Source: Candidatus Marinacidobacterales bacterium
GTDB taxonomy: Bacteria > Acidobacteriota > Vicinamibacteria > Marinacidobacterales > SMYC01
NCBI GenBank assembly: GCA_965224085.1
Contig: CBDCYI010000005.1
Coordinates: 512,001 to 576,000 of the forward strand
Direction: 5' to 3'
Length of the DNA: 64,000 nucleotides
Positions 29,257-39,606 of this stretch are shown here, piece after piece; position 1 is the stretch's first letter, and every line of letters begins with the position of its first letter. Both the position numbers and the translations under genes were made by a program. The notes below the pieces were generated by a model that saw only the letters and a list, made by a program, of their open reading frames with translations, searched no databases and was not told the DNA's origin.

Positions 29257-29889
29257 TTACACCAAATAGAACAGAGCGAAGACGAAGACCCATACGAGGT
29301 CGACGAAATGCCAATAGAGCCCAGCGTTCTCGACGCCCATCGCCGAGTACTTCCCCATCGCCGAGCGGATAGCGACAACGAGCAGAATGATGACACCCGT
29401 GGTGACGTGCATTCCGTGAAAGCCCGTGATGACGAAAAAGCTCGCGCTGAAAGTACCGATACCCTCGGCTTGCCACGGGTTGCTCGTGAGACGCGCACCC
29501 TCGTGAATAAAATGGCTCCACTCATAGACTTGCATGCCGAGAAAGGACACGCCACCGAGAATCGTCAGCCATAGAAACGTCGTGACGTGCTTCTTGTTGC
29601 CCGCGTTGGCGGCAGAGACGCCGCACGCCATCGTCCAGCTGCTGGCGATGAGGGTGAACGTCATGAGCGTGATGTAGTTCATGTCGAAGGCGACGTTCTG
29701 ATCGGGCCAAGTGGGGCTCGCCACCCGGACGACACCGTAGCTAACGAGAAGGCCCGCGAAGAGCAGAGCATCGGTGATGATGAAGATCCACATCATCAAC
29801 TTTTGCCAGCCGATATCGAACGGGAGACTGCCTTCGCCGAAAAGCGAACCCGCTGCCACTCCAGCGTGTCCAGCCTGGCTATCGCTCAT
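29257..29889 (-). CDS. Heme-copper oxidase subunit III (CoxP-like)
   Basis: KLMMWIFIITD, ITGFHGMHV, GLYWHFVDLVW. Confidence 0.88.
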   Translation of the reverse strand: MSDSQAGHAGVAAGSLFGEGSLPFDIGWQKLMMWIFIITDALLFAGLLVSYGVVRVASPTWPDQNVAFDMNYITLMTFTLIASSWTMACGVSAANAGNKKHVTTFLWLTILGGVSFLGMQVYEWSHFIHEGARLTSNPWQAEGIGTFSASFFVITGFHGMHVTTGVIILLVVAIRSAMGKYSAMGVENAGLYWHFVDLVWVFVFALFYLV

Positions 29890-29975
29890 ATTCACCTCCT
29901 CTTTCGCCCACGCTAATTCGCTTTGGGCGAAAACTCGCCATAGCCCCCGCTATTCACGGTGGGCGACGGCGGGCC

Positions 29976-30617
29976 CTACAGATAAAACAAAACCACAATC
30001 AAATAGACCCAAATAGCGCCCACGAAATGCCAATAAGTCGCACAGATGCTAGGCGAGCTCGAGTCCCCCGGCGTCAGCTGGTATCGCGTCGCCAACATCA
30101 AAACATAGAAAAGTGCGAGAACGCCCACGAGCAGATGCACCGCGTGAACCCCCGTCAACACGTAGAAGAACGAGCTGTGGGGATGACTCTGAAGATAAAT
30201 CCCCTGGCTCGCGAGCTGGTTCCAAGCAGCCACCTGGCCCGCGATGAACAAGGAACCGAGCATCGCTGTCACTGCAGTCCACTTGCGGAAGGCGACCGGC
30301 CGCCAGCTCTGAAAGGCCCGCTTTCCGAGCTCCATCGTCACGCTCGAGAACAGAAGGATCGCCGTATTGGCCCAAATGAGCGATGGGGCAGCGAGCGGGA
30401 CCCAGTCCTCCCCGGCGCTCCGAACGATATAGGCACTCGTGAAGGCCGCGAAGAGCATGGTGACGGAGCCGAGTGCTACCCGCAAGCCGAGCTTGGCCGT
30501 CTCCGCGCGCTTTTCGGACTCGCCGCCCGAGCCGTAATCACCGAAACCTCGGTCGACGAAATCACCGCTGCCCCCGTCGCCGCTTTTGGTCTTCGGTATG
30601 GTTAGCGTTTCGGCCAC
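29976..30617 (-). CDS. Heme-copper oxidase subunit III (CoxO-like)
   Basis: MLFAAFTSAYIVR, SFFYVLTGVHAVH, YWHF; GTG start inferred. Confidence 0.85.
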   Translation of the reverse strand: MAETLTIPKTKSGDGGSGDFVDRGFGDYGSGGESEKRAETAKLGLRVALGSVTMLFAAFTSAYIVRSAGEDWVPLAAPSLIWANTAILLFSSVTMELGKRAFQSWRPVAFRKWTAVTAMLGSLFIAGQVAAWNQLASQGIYLQSHPHSSFFYVLTGVHAVHLLVGVLALFYVLMLATRYQLTPGDSSSPSICATYWHFVGAIWVYLIVVLFYL

Positions 30618-30618
30618 G

Positions 30619-31515
30619 TCACCCCACTTTCCCGTCGAAGGCAAGCAAGGCGAGAACCAGCGGCAAGTAGAAAAGCGATGCAACGAGAAGCTGCACGGCG
30701 CGCGCTCGGGCCGTACCGTCACCGAGCCGCGCGGCGAAGACGACCAGCAGGGCGCCGAGCACCGAAGCACCCACGAGATAGACGACTCCGGTCATCCCGC
30801 CCATCGCAGGCACGAGGCTCACGAGAAGCAACAGCACGCAAGCGGTGACCGTGCGAAGCTGGGTCCCACGGATCGGCATGGCGCAGTAGCCGATCTTCGC
30901 ATAGTCGTCGCGATAGGCCGCCGCGATCGCCCATGTGTGCGGGAACTGCCAAAAGAAGAGGATGGTAAACAAGCTCCACGCGAGTGGGCCGAGACTGCCT
31001 TGAACCGCGCTAAAACCCATGAGCGGAGGGATCGCACCCGAGATGGCGCCTGGAAATGTCGACCACGCCGAGCGCGACTTCATCGGGGTGTAAACCAGGA
31101 CGTAGATTACCGTCGCGGCGAGCGCCAGCACGCCGCAAAGTGGGCCGGCCTCGATGAACAAAATCGCATGTCCGGCAATCGAGCAAACGCTCGCCACCGC
31201 AAAAGCTTCCGATGGGCGCAGGCGGCCCGCTGGAATCGGACGCTCGGCCGTCCGCTGCATACGCGCGTCGGACTCGTGCTCGAGGACTTGGTTGAACGCG
31301 TTGGCGCTGGCGACGACGAGAAAGGTGCCGATGCCGAACCAAAGAAGATGCCCCAGCACCAGCTCGCTCGATGCGAGCCAATAGCCGACGAGCGCCGACA
31401 TCAACACCATCGCAGAAAGTCGTGCTTTGCCGAGCTGGACGTAATCGCGCAAGCGCTCGCGGATCTCGAAACTCCACGCGCCAGATGCCAGGTGAACGTC
31501 GCCTCCCACGGACAT
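30619..31515 (-). CDS. ctaB: Protoheme IX farnesyltransferase (heme O synthase)
   Basis: N..E..D..MQRT..RPIPAG, YTPMK, GAIPPLMG, WQFPH, YRDDY. Confidence 0.92.
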   Translation of the reverse strand: MSVGGDVHLASGAWSFEIRERLRDYVQLGKARLSAMVLMSALVGYWLASSELVLGHLLWFGIGTFLVVASANAFNQVLEHESDARMQRTAERPIPAGRLRPSEAFAVASVCSIAGHAILFIEAGPLCGVLALAATVIYVLVYTPMKSRSAWSTFPGAISGAIPPLMGFSAVQGSLGPLAWSLFTILFFWQFPHTWAIAAAYRDDYAKIGYCAMPIRGTQLRTVTACVLLLLVSLVPAMGGMTGVVYLVGASVLGALLVVFAARLGDGTARARAVQLLVASLFYLPLVLALLAFDGKVG

Positions 31516-31525
31516 CGGTTGGATC

Positions 31526-33298
31526 CTATTGGGGCGCCTTTACTTTGGCCGGCGGCTGCCACTGTGGAGCATGGTCCCCTTCTTCGTCCGGGTGCTGATA
31601 GTCGTAGGGCCAACGGTGAACTTCGGGAATCTCACCCGGCCAGTTGCCGTGGCCGGGCTCGATCGGCGTCGACCACTCTAACGTGTTGGCATGCCAAGGG
31701 TTCTCGGACTCGACCTTCTTGCCTTTGAACATGCTCCAGAAGTAATTGACGAGGAAAATGACTTGGGCGACGCCAAGAATGAAAGCGCTGATGCTGATGA
31801 ACGTGTTGACGTTTTGGAACGGTTTCAAGTAGTCGTAGGTATTCGGGTCGTAGATGCGCCGCATCATGCCCGCGATCCCGAGATAGTGCATCGGGAAGAA
31901 CACACCGTAATACGTGAGGAACGTGAGCCAGAAGTGCACTTTCGAAAGCGGCTCGTTCATGTGGCGCCCGAACATCTTTGGGAACCAGTAATAGACCGCC
32001 GCGAGGAGCCCGAAAAGGCCGGCACCCGCCATGATGAAGTGGAAATGGGCGACGACGAAGTACGTATCATGCAGCTGGATATCGACGGCGTTGGTACCGA
32101 GAAAGACGCCGGTCAGCCCGCCTGTCACGAAGAGCGACACGATCCCGAGCGCGAACAGCATCGGTGTCGTGTATCGAATCTTCGCCTTCCACAGGGTGGC
32201 GAGCCAGTTGAACACTTTCACAGCGGATGGAACGGCGATGCAAAGCGTCGTCATCGTGAACATCGTTCCGAGGAAGGGGCTCATCCCGGAGACGAACATG
32301 TGGTGCCCCCAAACGACGAAGCTGAGCATCGCGATCGCGATGATGGCGTAAACCATCGAGTGGTAGCCGAAGATCGGCCGCCTGGTGAAGGTGCTGATGA
32401 TGTCGGACGTGAAGCCGAGCGCCGGCAGCATGATGATGTAGACCTCTGGATGACCGAGGAACCAAAAGAGGTGCTGCCACAGAAGCGGGGAGCCGCCCGA
32501 ATGCGGGAAGAGCGTGTCACCGATGAAAATGCCCGCGGGTAGATAGAAGCTCGTGCCCAGGCCGCGGTCGAACAGAAGCAGAATTGCGCCCGCTGCGAGC
32601 GCGGGAAAGCTGAGAAGGCCGAGAATGCCGACGAGGAACTGCGCCCATGTGGTCAGAGGGAGCCGCATCATCTTGAGGCCCTTGGTCCGCAAGTTCAGGA
32701 TCGTGACCACGAAATTAAGGCCGCCCATCGTGAACGACGCGACGAAGAAGATCATGCCGACGATCCAGAGCGTTTGGCCCATCGCCGATCCGGGAATGGC
32801 CGAACGGATGGCGGAGAGCGGAGGGTAGGCCGTCCAACCAGAAGCCGCGGCGCCGCCTTCGACGAAGAACGAGATCAAGATGATGATCGCCCCCGGAAGC
32901 GCCGTCCAGAAAGACAACATGTTCAGGAACGGAAACGCCATGTCGCGGGCCCCGACTTGGAGCGGGATGAGGAAATTTCCAAATCCGCTGACGGGCCCGA
33001 GCGATAGCACGAAGAACACCATGATGGTGCCGTGCATCGTGAAGAGCATGATGTAGAACTCCGGCGTCATCACACCCGACGCCATCCCGGCGGGAAAAAG
33101 CGTCTCCCAGAACTGGGCATGCTGCCCGGGCCAGCCGAGCTGGAGCCGGACCAACATGGCCAGCGATCCACCAACGACAGCCATGAACATGACCAGCGTC
33201 AAGTACTGCTTGGCGATCATTTTGTGATCGAAGCTGAAGATGTACTTGCTGATGAAGCTCTGTTCGCCATGGCCGTGGTCGTCGTGACCTTCGCTCAT
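31526..33298 (-). CDS. ctaD: Cytochrome c oxidase subunit I (A1 type)
   Basis: DHK, HGTIMVFF, GWTAYPPL, WFLGHPEVY, WGHH, HDTYFVVAHFH, MRR. Confidence 0.95.
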   Translation of the reverse strand: MSEGHDDHGHGEQSFISKYIFSFDHKMIAKQYLTLVMFMAVVGGSLAMLVRLQLGWPGQHAQFWETLFPAGMASGVMTPEFYIMLFTMHGTIMVFFVLSLGPVSGFGNFLIPLQVGARDMAFPFLNMLSFWTALPGAIIILISFFVEGGAAASGWTAYPPLSAIRSAIPGSAMGQTLWIVGMIFFVASFTMGGLNFVVTILNLRTKGLKMMRLPLTTWAQFLVGILGLLSFPALAAGAILLLFDRGLGTSFYLPAGIFIGDTLFPHSGGSPLLWQHLFWFLGHPEVYIIMLPALGFTSDIISTFTRRPIFGYHSMVYAIIAIAMLSFVVWGHHMFVSGMSPFLGTMFTMTTLCIAVPSAVKVFNWLATLWKAKIRYTTPMLFALGIVSLFVTGGLTGVFLGTNAVDIQLHDTYFVVAHFHFIMAGAGLFGLLAAVYYWFPKMFGRHMNEPLSKVHFWLTFLTYYGVFFPMHYLGIAGMMRRIYDPNTYDYLKPFQNVNTFISISAFILGVAQVIFLVNYFWSMFKGKKVESENPWHANTLEWSTPIEPGHGNWPGEIPEVHRWPYDYQHPDEEGDHAPQWQPPAKVKAPQ

Positions 33299-33334
33299 GC
33301 CATCATCTCCTTCTTATGAATCCAAAACGCTAAA

Positions 33335-34150
33335 TCAATTGGCCTGACTTTGCTCGGCGAGCCAAGTGTCGTAATCAGCCTGGCTTCGAATGCTGAGAAA
33401 ACCCCGCATGCGGTAGTGCCCCAGACCGCAGAGCTCGGCGCAAGCAATCTCGTACTCGCCGATTTTCGTCGGCGTGAACCATACCGAAGTCTGAATGCCC
33501 GGCATGAGATCTTGCTTCACTCGGAAGTGCGGAAGAAAGAAAGCGTGCTGCACGTCCTTCGAGCGCAGCAGGACGCGCACCGGCTGGTCGACAGGAAGCA
33601 CCATCTGGTTGATGAGATGGAGGTCATCGTTACCGGCGGCGTCATCCGGATCGATGCCGAGATAGTTCTCGAGCGAGTAGAGCTCGGGGCGCCATGCGCC
33701 GAACTGACCGTCCTCGCCCGGATAGCGCATGTCCCATTGGAACTGGGCGCCGACCGCTTCGATCGTGAACACGTCCGTCGGGGGCGCGGCTTTGACGTCC
33801 TCCCAAAGCACGAGTCCGGTGAAGACGATCGGGACGAGAACAACGGCGGTACCAATCGTCCACGTCACCTCCATCTTGTGGCTATCGTGCCAATAGCTGC
33901 CCTCGGCGTCGTCGCGGTGGCGAAACTTCCACATGTAGAAGGCGAGAAGACATTGGACGACAATGTAGAGAACGCCGGTGATGCCGAGGATGACGTAATA
34001 GAGCGAGTCCAGGGACCCACGATCCGACGCAAGCTCGGGGACGTCGTATTTGAAAAAATAAGCGACGGAGACGAGCACGATAGCCCAGAGGGCAACGGCC
34101 AAAGCCATCCCGTGCTTCGCGTCTCGGTTTGCCTGGATATTCTCTGCCAT
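33335..34150 (-). CDS. ctaC: Cytochrome c oxidase subunit II (CuA)
   Basis: EVTWT, QFQW, DVQH, CAELCGLGHYRM CuA motif. Confidence 0.93.
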   Translation of the reverse strand: MAENIQANRDAKHGMALAVALWAIVLVSVAYFFKYDVPELASDRGSLDSLYYVILGITGVLYIVVQCLLAFYMWKFRHRDDAEGSYWHDSHKMEVTWTIGTAVVLVPIVFTGLVLWEDVKAAPPTDVFTIEAVGAQFQWDMRYPGEDGQFGAWRPELYSLENYLGIDPDDAAGNDDLHLINQMVLPVDQPVRVLLRSKDVQHAFFLPHFRVKQDLMPGIQTSVWFTPTKIGEYEIACAELCGLGHYRMRGFLSIRSQADYDTWLAEQSQAN

Positions 34151-34193
34151 AAGTCGTCCTTATGAAGATTAAGGTGTCGGAAACGTCTTCTAT

Positions 34194-37013
34194 CTATTCC
34201 GCATAGCGCATCAGGTACGCAGCTACGGCGCGCATCTGCGCTTCCGAGTCGCCTTCCAGAACGTTCGGGAGCGGCGTGATGTGATTGCCGTCGTTGTCGA
34301 AGGGCCAGAACTGCGGCATCTGGGTGCCCGGAGTAATCGATTGCGGATCCTTCATCCAGTCGACGAGCCATTCTTCGCGCAGCCGCTCACCCGTCAAGCG
34401 GAAGCTCGGCGCGAGCTGCGAAGCCTCCATCACTCCCGCCGCCTCCGCGACGTGACAACGCTCGCATTGCAGGCGGTCCAGAAGCTGGCTTCCTATGCGG
34501 AGCGTCGCCCCATCCACCGGCGCCGCGGCCGACGTCGCGAAGGGGTGCGTCTCGTCCATCGCCATGAAGCCCGAGACGACCGTGTTGAGCTGCTCGTCGT
34601 CGAAGTGGAAGGTCGGCATCCGTACATTCAACCAAAACCGAACTTCTGTCGGATCCTGGAAAAATTCGAACAACCAACTCGGCTGGGTGCGTGCGCCTTG
34701 CGAATTGAGGTTGGGCGGGCGGAAGCCGACATCTTCGCTCATCACTTCTGTCTCGTAGATGCCTCCACCGAATCCGTCCACGAGGTGGCATCCGCGGCAG
34801 TTGTACTCGTGGATGAGAACACGCGCTTTCTCCCCGATCGCCTCATTGGCGCTCAAGTTCTTCCTCGCTTCTCTAGGAAGCTCGGTCCGCGTCTGGCCGA
34901 GTACTCTCGTTGCGATGGCCTGGACCTCGTCGTCGGTAAAGCCGAAATAGCCCATCCGAAGTTTTTCGGGCGCGCTCTTCTCTTTGCCCCGGTCGTAGCT
35001 ACGCGGTTCGTGGAGCTTGTTCTCGAGCCACGTTTGACGTGTATGCGGGATGTCGATATAGCCGAAATCGAGGCGGGTGACCATTTTCGAGCCCCACGTC
35101 GAAAGATCGACACCGATCTTTTGCGCCTCCTCGAAACCTTCGATTTCGTGGCAGCCGAAGCAGCCATAGCGAAGAATGAGACGCTCACCGCTATAAAGCG
35201 TTTTCTCTTCCGCCGACATTCCGCCGAGCTGGTCCTCCGCCTGTGCGTTCGGAAGTCCGGTACGGAGAAACTCGCGCGTGATGTCGTCGAGCGCGGCGCC
35301 ATCGATCTGCGGTACCGGGAGCCGCTCGAAGGTCTCGTTCCGGAGCGTCATCAAATAGGCCGCTACATCGGCCGCTTCTCGATCGGTGAGCCGCAGATCG
35401 GGCATGAAAGTCTCTTCCCAGTAATGCTTGGGATCCTTCACCCAATTGTAGAGAAACTCGCGGCTGACTTTGCTTCCGACTCCTACGAGGCTCGCGCCGC
35501 GCGTTCGGTACCAGTCGACTTCCGCCAAATTGCTCTCATCGGTGACGTGGCAGCCAAGACAGCCGACGCTCTCGACGAGGGCGCGGCCTCGATCGACGTC
35601 TCCGCCTGGCACGACGCCGTAGGTGAGCGGCTTCGCTTTGTCGAAGATGTAAGACACGATGGCGGCGACTTCGGTCCCGTTGCGGGCGCCGACCTCGGAA
35701 TCGAGATTGTTCTCGAGATCCCAGAATCGCGGCATGTAAGTCGATTGCTTGAAGCTCTTCGGATCCTTGACCCAACGTGCGGCCCATTCAGGCGTCGTCT
35801 TGGCGACGATATGCTCGAGCTTGGGCCCGACATTACGTTTGTCTTCGAAGCCCACCGTGTTGTGGCAGCCCCAGCAGCCGGCCGCTTCGTAGAGCTGACG
35901 GCCCCGGTTGAATTCCTCAGCGCCCGGAAGAAGAACCTGGTCCCCGTGGCACTTCTGGCATCCAGCCTCGGCCATGCCGTTCTGATACATCGGCTTGTCC
36001 CAGTAATGGTCCTCTTTCCATCCGTACTTCTCGACCCACTCGTGCTCTTGCTCTTCGTTTTGTGGCGTGTGGTTCACGCCGACGAAGTCGATGGCGCGGC
36101 CGCGTCCTTCGTGACAGGAGGTACAGCCGAAGCTGTCGCGAGCATGGACGGCCTCACCGGAGACATAGAGGTCGAGGTTCGGATGCGTCCGGAACGGTTG
36201 CTCCGCATCGGCATAATCCGGGTTGTCGATCCCGAGATGGCACGTTTGGCAGCGATCGATGCGCGGCACGACCGCGAAGTTGAGATCCTCGGTGACGTTC
36301 GCCAAGAGGACTTGCTGAACTTCGATGCTCGGATCGATGAAATCGACCATCGGCAAGTTCCGGAAGGTGTTCGGAACATTCTGCGCGATCGCGTTCGCTT
36401 TGCGCCGCAAGAGCGTCGCCGCCTGGGTCAGGTCTTCCCGCTCACCGCTGAGCGCACTCACTTGCGCCTGCGCGTCTCGGATGTTTCTCTGAACGGCGTC
36501 GAGGTCGTACTCAATGGCCAGACGGTCATCGCGGGCGGCGAAGAACTCGGTCGAGAGCGCCTCGAACTCTTCTCCACTGACCCGCTTTCCATAGGGCGCG
36601 GTCGTCCCTTCGTGCTCGGTCTCTTCGAAGAAGAACTTCTTCGAGTCATAGACGGATTTGAGACTGCGCTCCTGGATGTCCGCTAACGTCCACCGATTGT
36701 CGAGCGTTTCGCGCTCAGCCTCCATTTGCTCGATTTCGGCTTGCTTCACGTCGAGCTCTTGCGTTGCCGTGGCGAGCTCGCCTTCGATCCTCTGAAGCTC
36801 ACGCTGATTGACGGCAGCGTCCGCCTCCGCGATTTGACGTCCGGTCAATTCCCGTTCCATTTGGGAGAACTGCCGTTGGTAACCCTTCCACTCGCGCGAG
36901 TAGTCCGCCCAAATCATCCAGAGGGTCGTGACAAACAACAAGATCGATGAAATCCCAAAAACAACGTTGAGCCCGCTGATGTCGTAAGCGTGTCCTGGAG
37001 CCGGTTTCGCCAC
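34194..37013 (-). CDS. Membrane-anchored octaheme c-type cytochrome with coiled-coil stalk
   Basis: Eight CxxCH motifs (CQTCH, CTSCH, CQKCH, CWGCH, CLGCH, CFGCH, CRGCH, CERCH); N-terminal TM helix and long coiled coil. Confidence 0.9.
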   Translation of the reverse strand: MAKPAPGHAYDISGLNVVFGISSILLFVTTLWMIWADYSREWKGYQRQFSQMERELTGRQIAEADAAVNQRELQRIEGELATATQELDVKQAEIEQMEAERETLDNRWTLADIQERSLKSVYDSKKFFFEETEHEGTTAPYGKRVSGEEFEALSTEFFAARDDRLAIEYDLDAVQRNIRDAQAQVSALSGEREDLTQAATLLRRKANAIAQNVPNTFRNLPMVDFIDPSIEVQQVLLANVTEDLNFAVVPRIDRCQTCHLGIDNPDYADAEQPFRTHPNLDLYVSGEAVHARDSFGCTSCHEGRGRAIDFVGVNHTPQNEEQEHEWVEKYGWKEDHYWDKPMYQNGMAEAGCQKCHGDQVLLPGAEEFNRGRQLYEAAGCWGCHNTVGFEDKRNVGPKLEHIVAKTTPEWAARWVKDPKSFKQSTYMPRFWDLENNLDSEVGARNGTEVAAIVSYIFDKAKPLTYGVVPGGDVDRGRALVESVGCLGCHVTDESNLAEVDWYRTRGASLVGVGSKVSREFLYNWVKDPKHYWEETFMPDLRLTDREAADVAAYLMTLRNETFERLPVPQIDGAALDDITREFLRTGLPNAQAEDQLGGMSAEEKTLYSGERLILRYGCFGCHEIEGFEEAQKIGVDLSTWGSKMVTRLDFGYIDIPHTRQTWLENKLHEPRSYDRGKEKSAPEKLRMGYFGFTDDEVQAIATRVLGQTRTELPREARKNLSANEAIGEKARVLIHEYNCRGCHLVDGFGGGIYETEVMSEDVGFRPPNLNSQGARTQPSWLFEFFQDPTEVRFWLNVRMPTFHFDDEQLNTVVSGFMAMDETHPFATSAAAPVDGATLRIGSQLLDRLQCERCHVAEAAGVMEASQLAPSFRLTGERLREEWLVDWMKDPQSITPGTQMPQFWPFDNDGNHITPLPNVLEGDSEAQMRAVAAYLMRYAE

Positions 37014-37032
37014 GTTTCACTCCACCTCTAAG

Positions 37033-38175
37033 CTAGATATTGAAGAAAATCTCGGGAAACGCCACGATGTATTTCAAATCCCACATCCATCTCATGTACA
37101 TCTTGATGGGTAGACTCATCATGAGAAGAAACAGTGTGACGCCCACGTAATAGCGAGCCGGGCCCATCTTCTCGTAGTACTTGTGGAGGCTCATCCATCG
37201 CAGAAATCCTGGGAATTTTTCCTTCGGAAGCGCCAGCGCCACAGGAAGAACGCCCATGTAGAAGAGAATCATGAGGATACCGAGCCACTCGCGGTAGATA
37301 GGGTAAATCAAATTCGTGACGAAACCGGAACCCGGCGCTGGGCGTGGCAGTGGCACTTCGAGAAACCTCACCCAGAAAAAATCCGAAATATTGACGTTTA
37401 GAAGCGGCTCGACACGATGCTGGTCCCAATATTCATAGGGCCCAAAGAAGTTCCAGTTCGGCCCGCGCAGAAATGTCCCAGAGATCACGAGGAGCACCCA
37501 GAGCACGAGGAACCCGTAGAGAAAGATGGCGATCTCCGCGCGACGCTCTTTGAAAGTGAAGTAGCCGTTCCCTTTCGGGTTCGTGTCGATATAAGGAATC
37601 GCCATGAGACCTACAAGGATGAGCGTAGGAAAGACGACGCCCGCGAGCCATGGGTCGAAGTAGACGAGCATTTCCTGAAGGCCGAGGAAGTACCAGGGCG
37701 CTTTCGACGGGTTGGGCGAATCTGCGGGGTTTGCGGGCTGCTCGAGAGGCGCCGGCAACAAGATCGACCAGACGACGAGCCCGATGGTGAGAAGAACCAT
37801 GCACAGGAGCTCGACGTAAACAAGGTCCGGCCACACCCAGACCTTGTCCTGTTCCTGCTTCTCCATGGGCTCTTCCCCTGCCGCGATCCGCTTGTCGTTC
37901 TCGACGCCTTGATGCATGGCGAACCAGGTAAGAAACGCCACGAGAAACAGCATGAAGGTGATCGGCACGTTGTCCGGTTTAGCGACGATGAGAAAGAAGT
38001 TCGGATCGAACATGCTCAGGAAATAAACGGTCGTCAAGATGCCGAAGAAGATATAGGCGACCTTCTTCGACCATACCTCGGTGTATTTGAGCGATAGCCC
38101 GAACGCGATCGTGGCCACGGTAAAGAGCACCGTCGGCCCGGAAGACCAATTGATGATGTTTTTGAGGAAATCCAT
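37033..38175 (-). CDS. Cytochrome b C-terminal subunit (PetD/subunit IV-like) with extra TM segments
   Basis: VWPDL, APLEQPANP..PNPSKAPWYF (PEWY-like), IPYID. Confidence 0.82.
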   Translation of the reverse strand: MDFLKNIINWSSGPTVLFTVATIAFGLSLKYTEVWSKKVAYIFFGILTTVYFLSMFDPNFFLIVAKPDNVPITFMLFLVAFLTWFAMHQGVENDKRIAAGEEPMEKQEQDKVWVWPDLVYVELLCMVLLTIGLVVWSILLPAPLEQPANPADSPNPSKAPWYFLGLQEMLVYFDPWLAGVVFPTLILVGLMAIPYIDTNPKGNGYFTFKERRAEIAIFLYGFLVLWVLLVISGTFLRGPNWNFFGPYEYWDQHRVEPLLNVNISDFFWVRFLEVPLPRPAPGSGFVTNLIYPIYREWLGILMILFYMGVLPVALALPKEKFPGFLRWMSLHKYYEKMGPARYYVGVTLFLLMMSLPIKMYMRWMWDLKYIVAFPEIFFNI

Positions 38176-38214
38176 AACGCTCAGCCCTGGGTTTCGAACG
38201 AGAAGCGAAAGCGA

Positions 38215-39012
38215 TTACATGGGACCGGAGATACCGCCATCCTTACGCACCCTCCAGAAGTGCACGGACATCAAAACAGCCGCGACCAGCGGCAACCCGA
38301 CACAGTGAAGCACGTAGAAACGCAGCAGCGTGTTCTCGCCCACAGAGCGTGCGCCGAGCAAGGCGAAACGAGCGTCGTTGCCGGAATTGATGAGATTGAT
38401 ATCCCCTAGTTTCAAGGCCGCGCTGAGCGGCCCCTCCGTTCCTAGCAGCGGTGTCGCTCGAGCCATATTCGAGCCCACGGTGATGGCCCAGATAGCGAGC
38501 TGATCCCAAGGAAGAAGGTAGCCCGTGAACGAGAGCAGGAGAGTGAGCACGAGAAGGATGACGCCCACGCCCCAGTTGAACTCGCGCGGCGGCTTGTAGG
38601 AGCCCGTCATGAAGACGCGGAACATGTGGAGCCACACGGTAATGACCATTGCGTGCGCGCCCCAGCGATGAAGCTCACGCATGAGACCGAGAGGCACGTG
38701 CTCGCGGAGATCGATGATGTCGGCGTAAGCGTACTCGACCGTGGGCCGGTAGTAGAACATTAATAGAAGGCCCGTCAAGGTCAAGACGAGAAACAGGAAA
38801 AAAGTGATGCCGCCCATGCACCAGGTGTAGCGTAGCTTGATGCCGGCTTTGCGTGACTTCACCGGATGAAGATGAAGAAACACGTTGGACATCATCACGA
38901 GCACGCGGTTCCGATTACTCGTCAGGGCCCCGTGGCGGAAGATGGACTTCCACACTTGGGATTCCGTCATCGCGTCCCACGCGCCGCTGAATGCGTTTAG
39001 AACCTTCTGCAC
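38215..39012 (-). CDS. Cytochrome b N-terminal subunit (cytochrome b6-like)
   Basis: [54 protein letters not shown]. Confidence 0.92.
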   Translation of the reverse strand: MQKVLNAFSGAWDAMTESQVWKSIFRHGALTSNRNRVLVMMSNVFLHLHPVKSRKAGIKLRYTWCMGGITFFLFLVLTLTGLLLMFYYRPTVEYAYADIIDLREHVPLGLMRELHRWGAHAMVITVWLHMFRVFMTGSYKPPREFNWGVGVILLVLTLLLSFTGYLLPWDQLAIWAITVGSNMARATPLLGTEGPLSAALKLGDINLINSGNDARFALLGARSVGENTLLRFYVLHCVGLPLVAAVLMSVHFWRVRKDGGISGPM

Positions 39013-39045
39013 CGAAAACTCCTCAATTTCGCTATTCGGAATGAA

Positions 39046-39606
39046 TCAGGAGAGACTCAAAAATGATTCCGGATCGCTCCATTGCCCGGCTTCCTGCTTA
39101 TAGATGCGGCTCTTGTCGATTTCCACTTGGCCATCTTCAGCCATGACGATCCGATGGCGCTCGAGCGGCCTGGGCGCGGGGCCCTCGAAATTGATGCCGG
39201 TCATGTAGAAGCCGCTCCCGTGGCAGGGGCATTTGAATTTGTTCTCTGCTTCGAGCCAGTTCGGCGTGCATCCGAGGTGGGTGCAGATCGTGGAAAGCGC
39301 ATAGATGCCTTCTTCGTTCCGCACGATCCAGACTTGGTAGCGTTCTTTGAAGCGCGTGTCGACGACGCCGATGGCGAAGTCGGCGGGAAAGCCTGCCTTG
39401 AAGTTGGATGGCGGCTCGGTCAGGACGTTCGGAAACATGAAACGGCCCATGGCCGTGAGGCCAGCACCGGCCGCAGCCGCGAAGAACGTCCACCCGAGCG
39501 CAACCCAGTTGAACTCGCGTCGCGTCACGTCCTTTTTCTTCTTCTCTGTTTTCGCGGCGGGAGCCGCTGCTTTCTTTGTCTCGTCAGGCTTTGTCTCGTC
39601 AGCCAT
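39046..39606 (-). CDS. Rieske iron-sulfur subunit
   Basis: TRREF Tat motif, CTHLGC and CPCHGS, GPAPRPL. Confidence 0.93.
   Translation of the reverse strand: MADETKPDETKKAAAPAAKTEKKKKDVTRREFNWVALGWTFFAAAAGAGLTAMGRFMFPNVLTEPPSNFKAGFPADFAIGVVDTRFKERYQVWIVRNEEGIYALSTICTHLGCTPNWLEAENKFKCPCHGSGFYMTGINFEGPAPRPLERHRIVMAEDGQVEIDKSRIYKQEAGQWSDPESFLSLS

Noticed and set aside
29902-29975. Hairpins between the two subunit III genes
   Set aside because: Short GC stems with no recognisable RNA family; at most mRNA stability elements.
34281-36686. 801-aa plus-strand ORF
   Set aside because: Antisense shadow of the octaheme cytochrome, expected from high-GC codon bias; no motifs.
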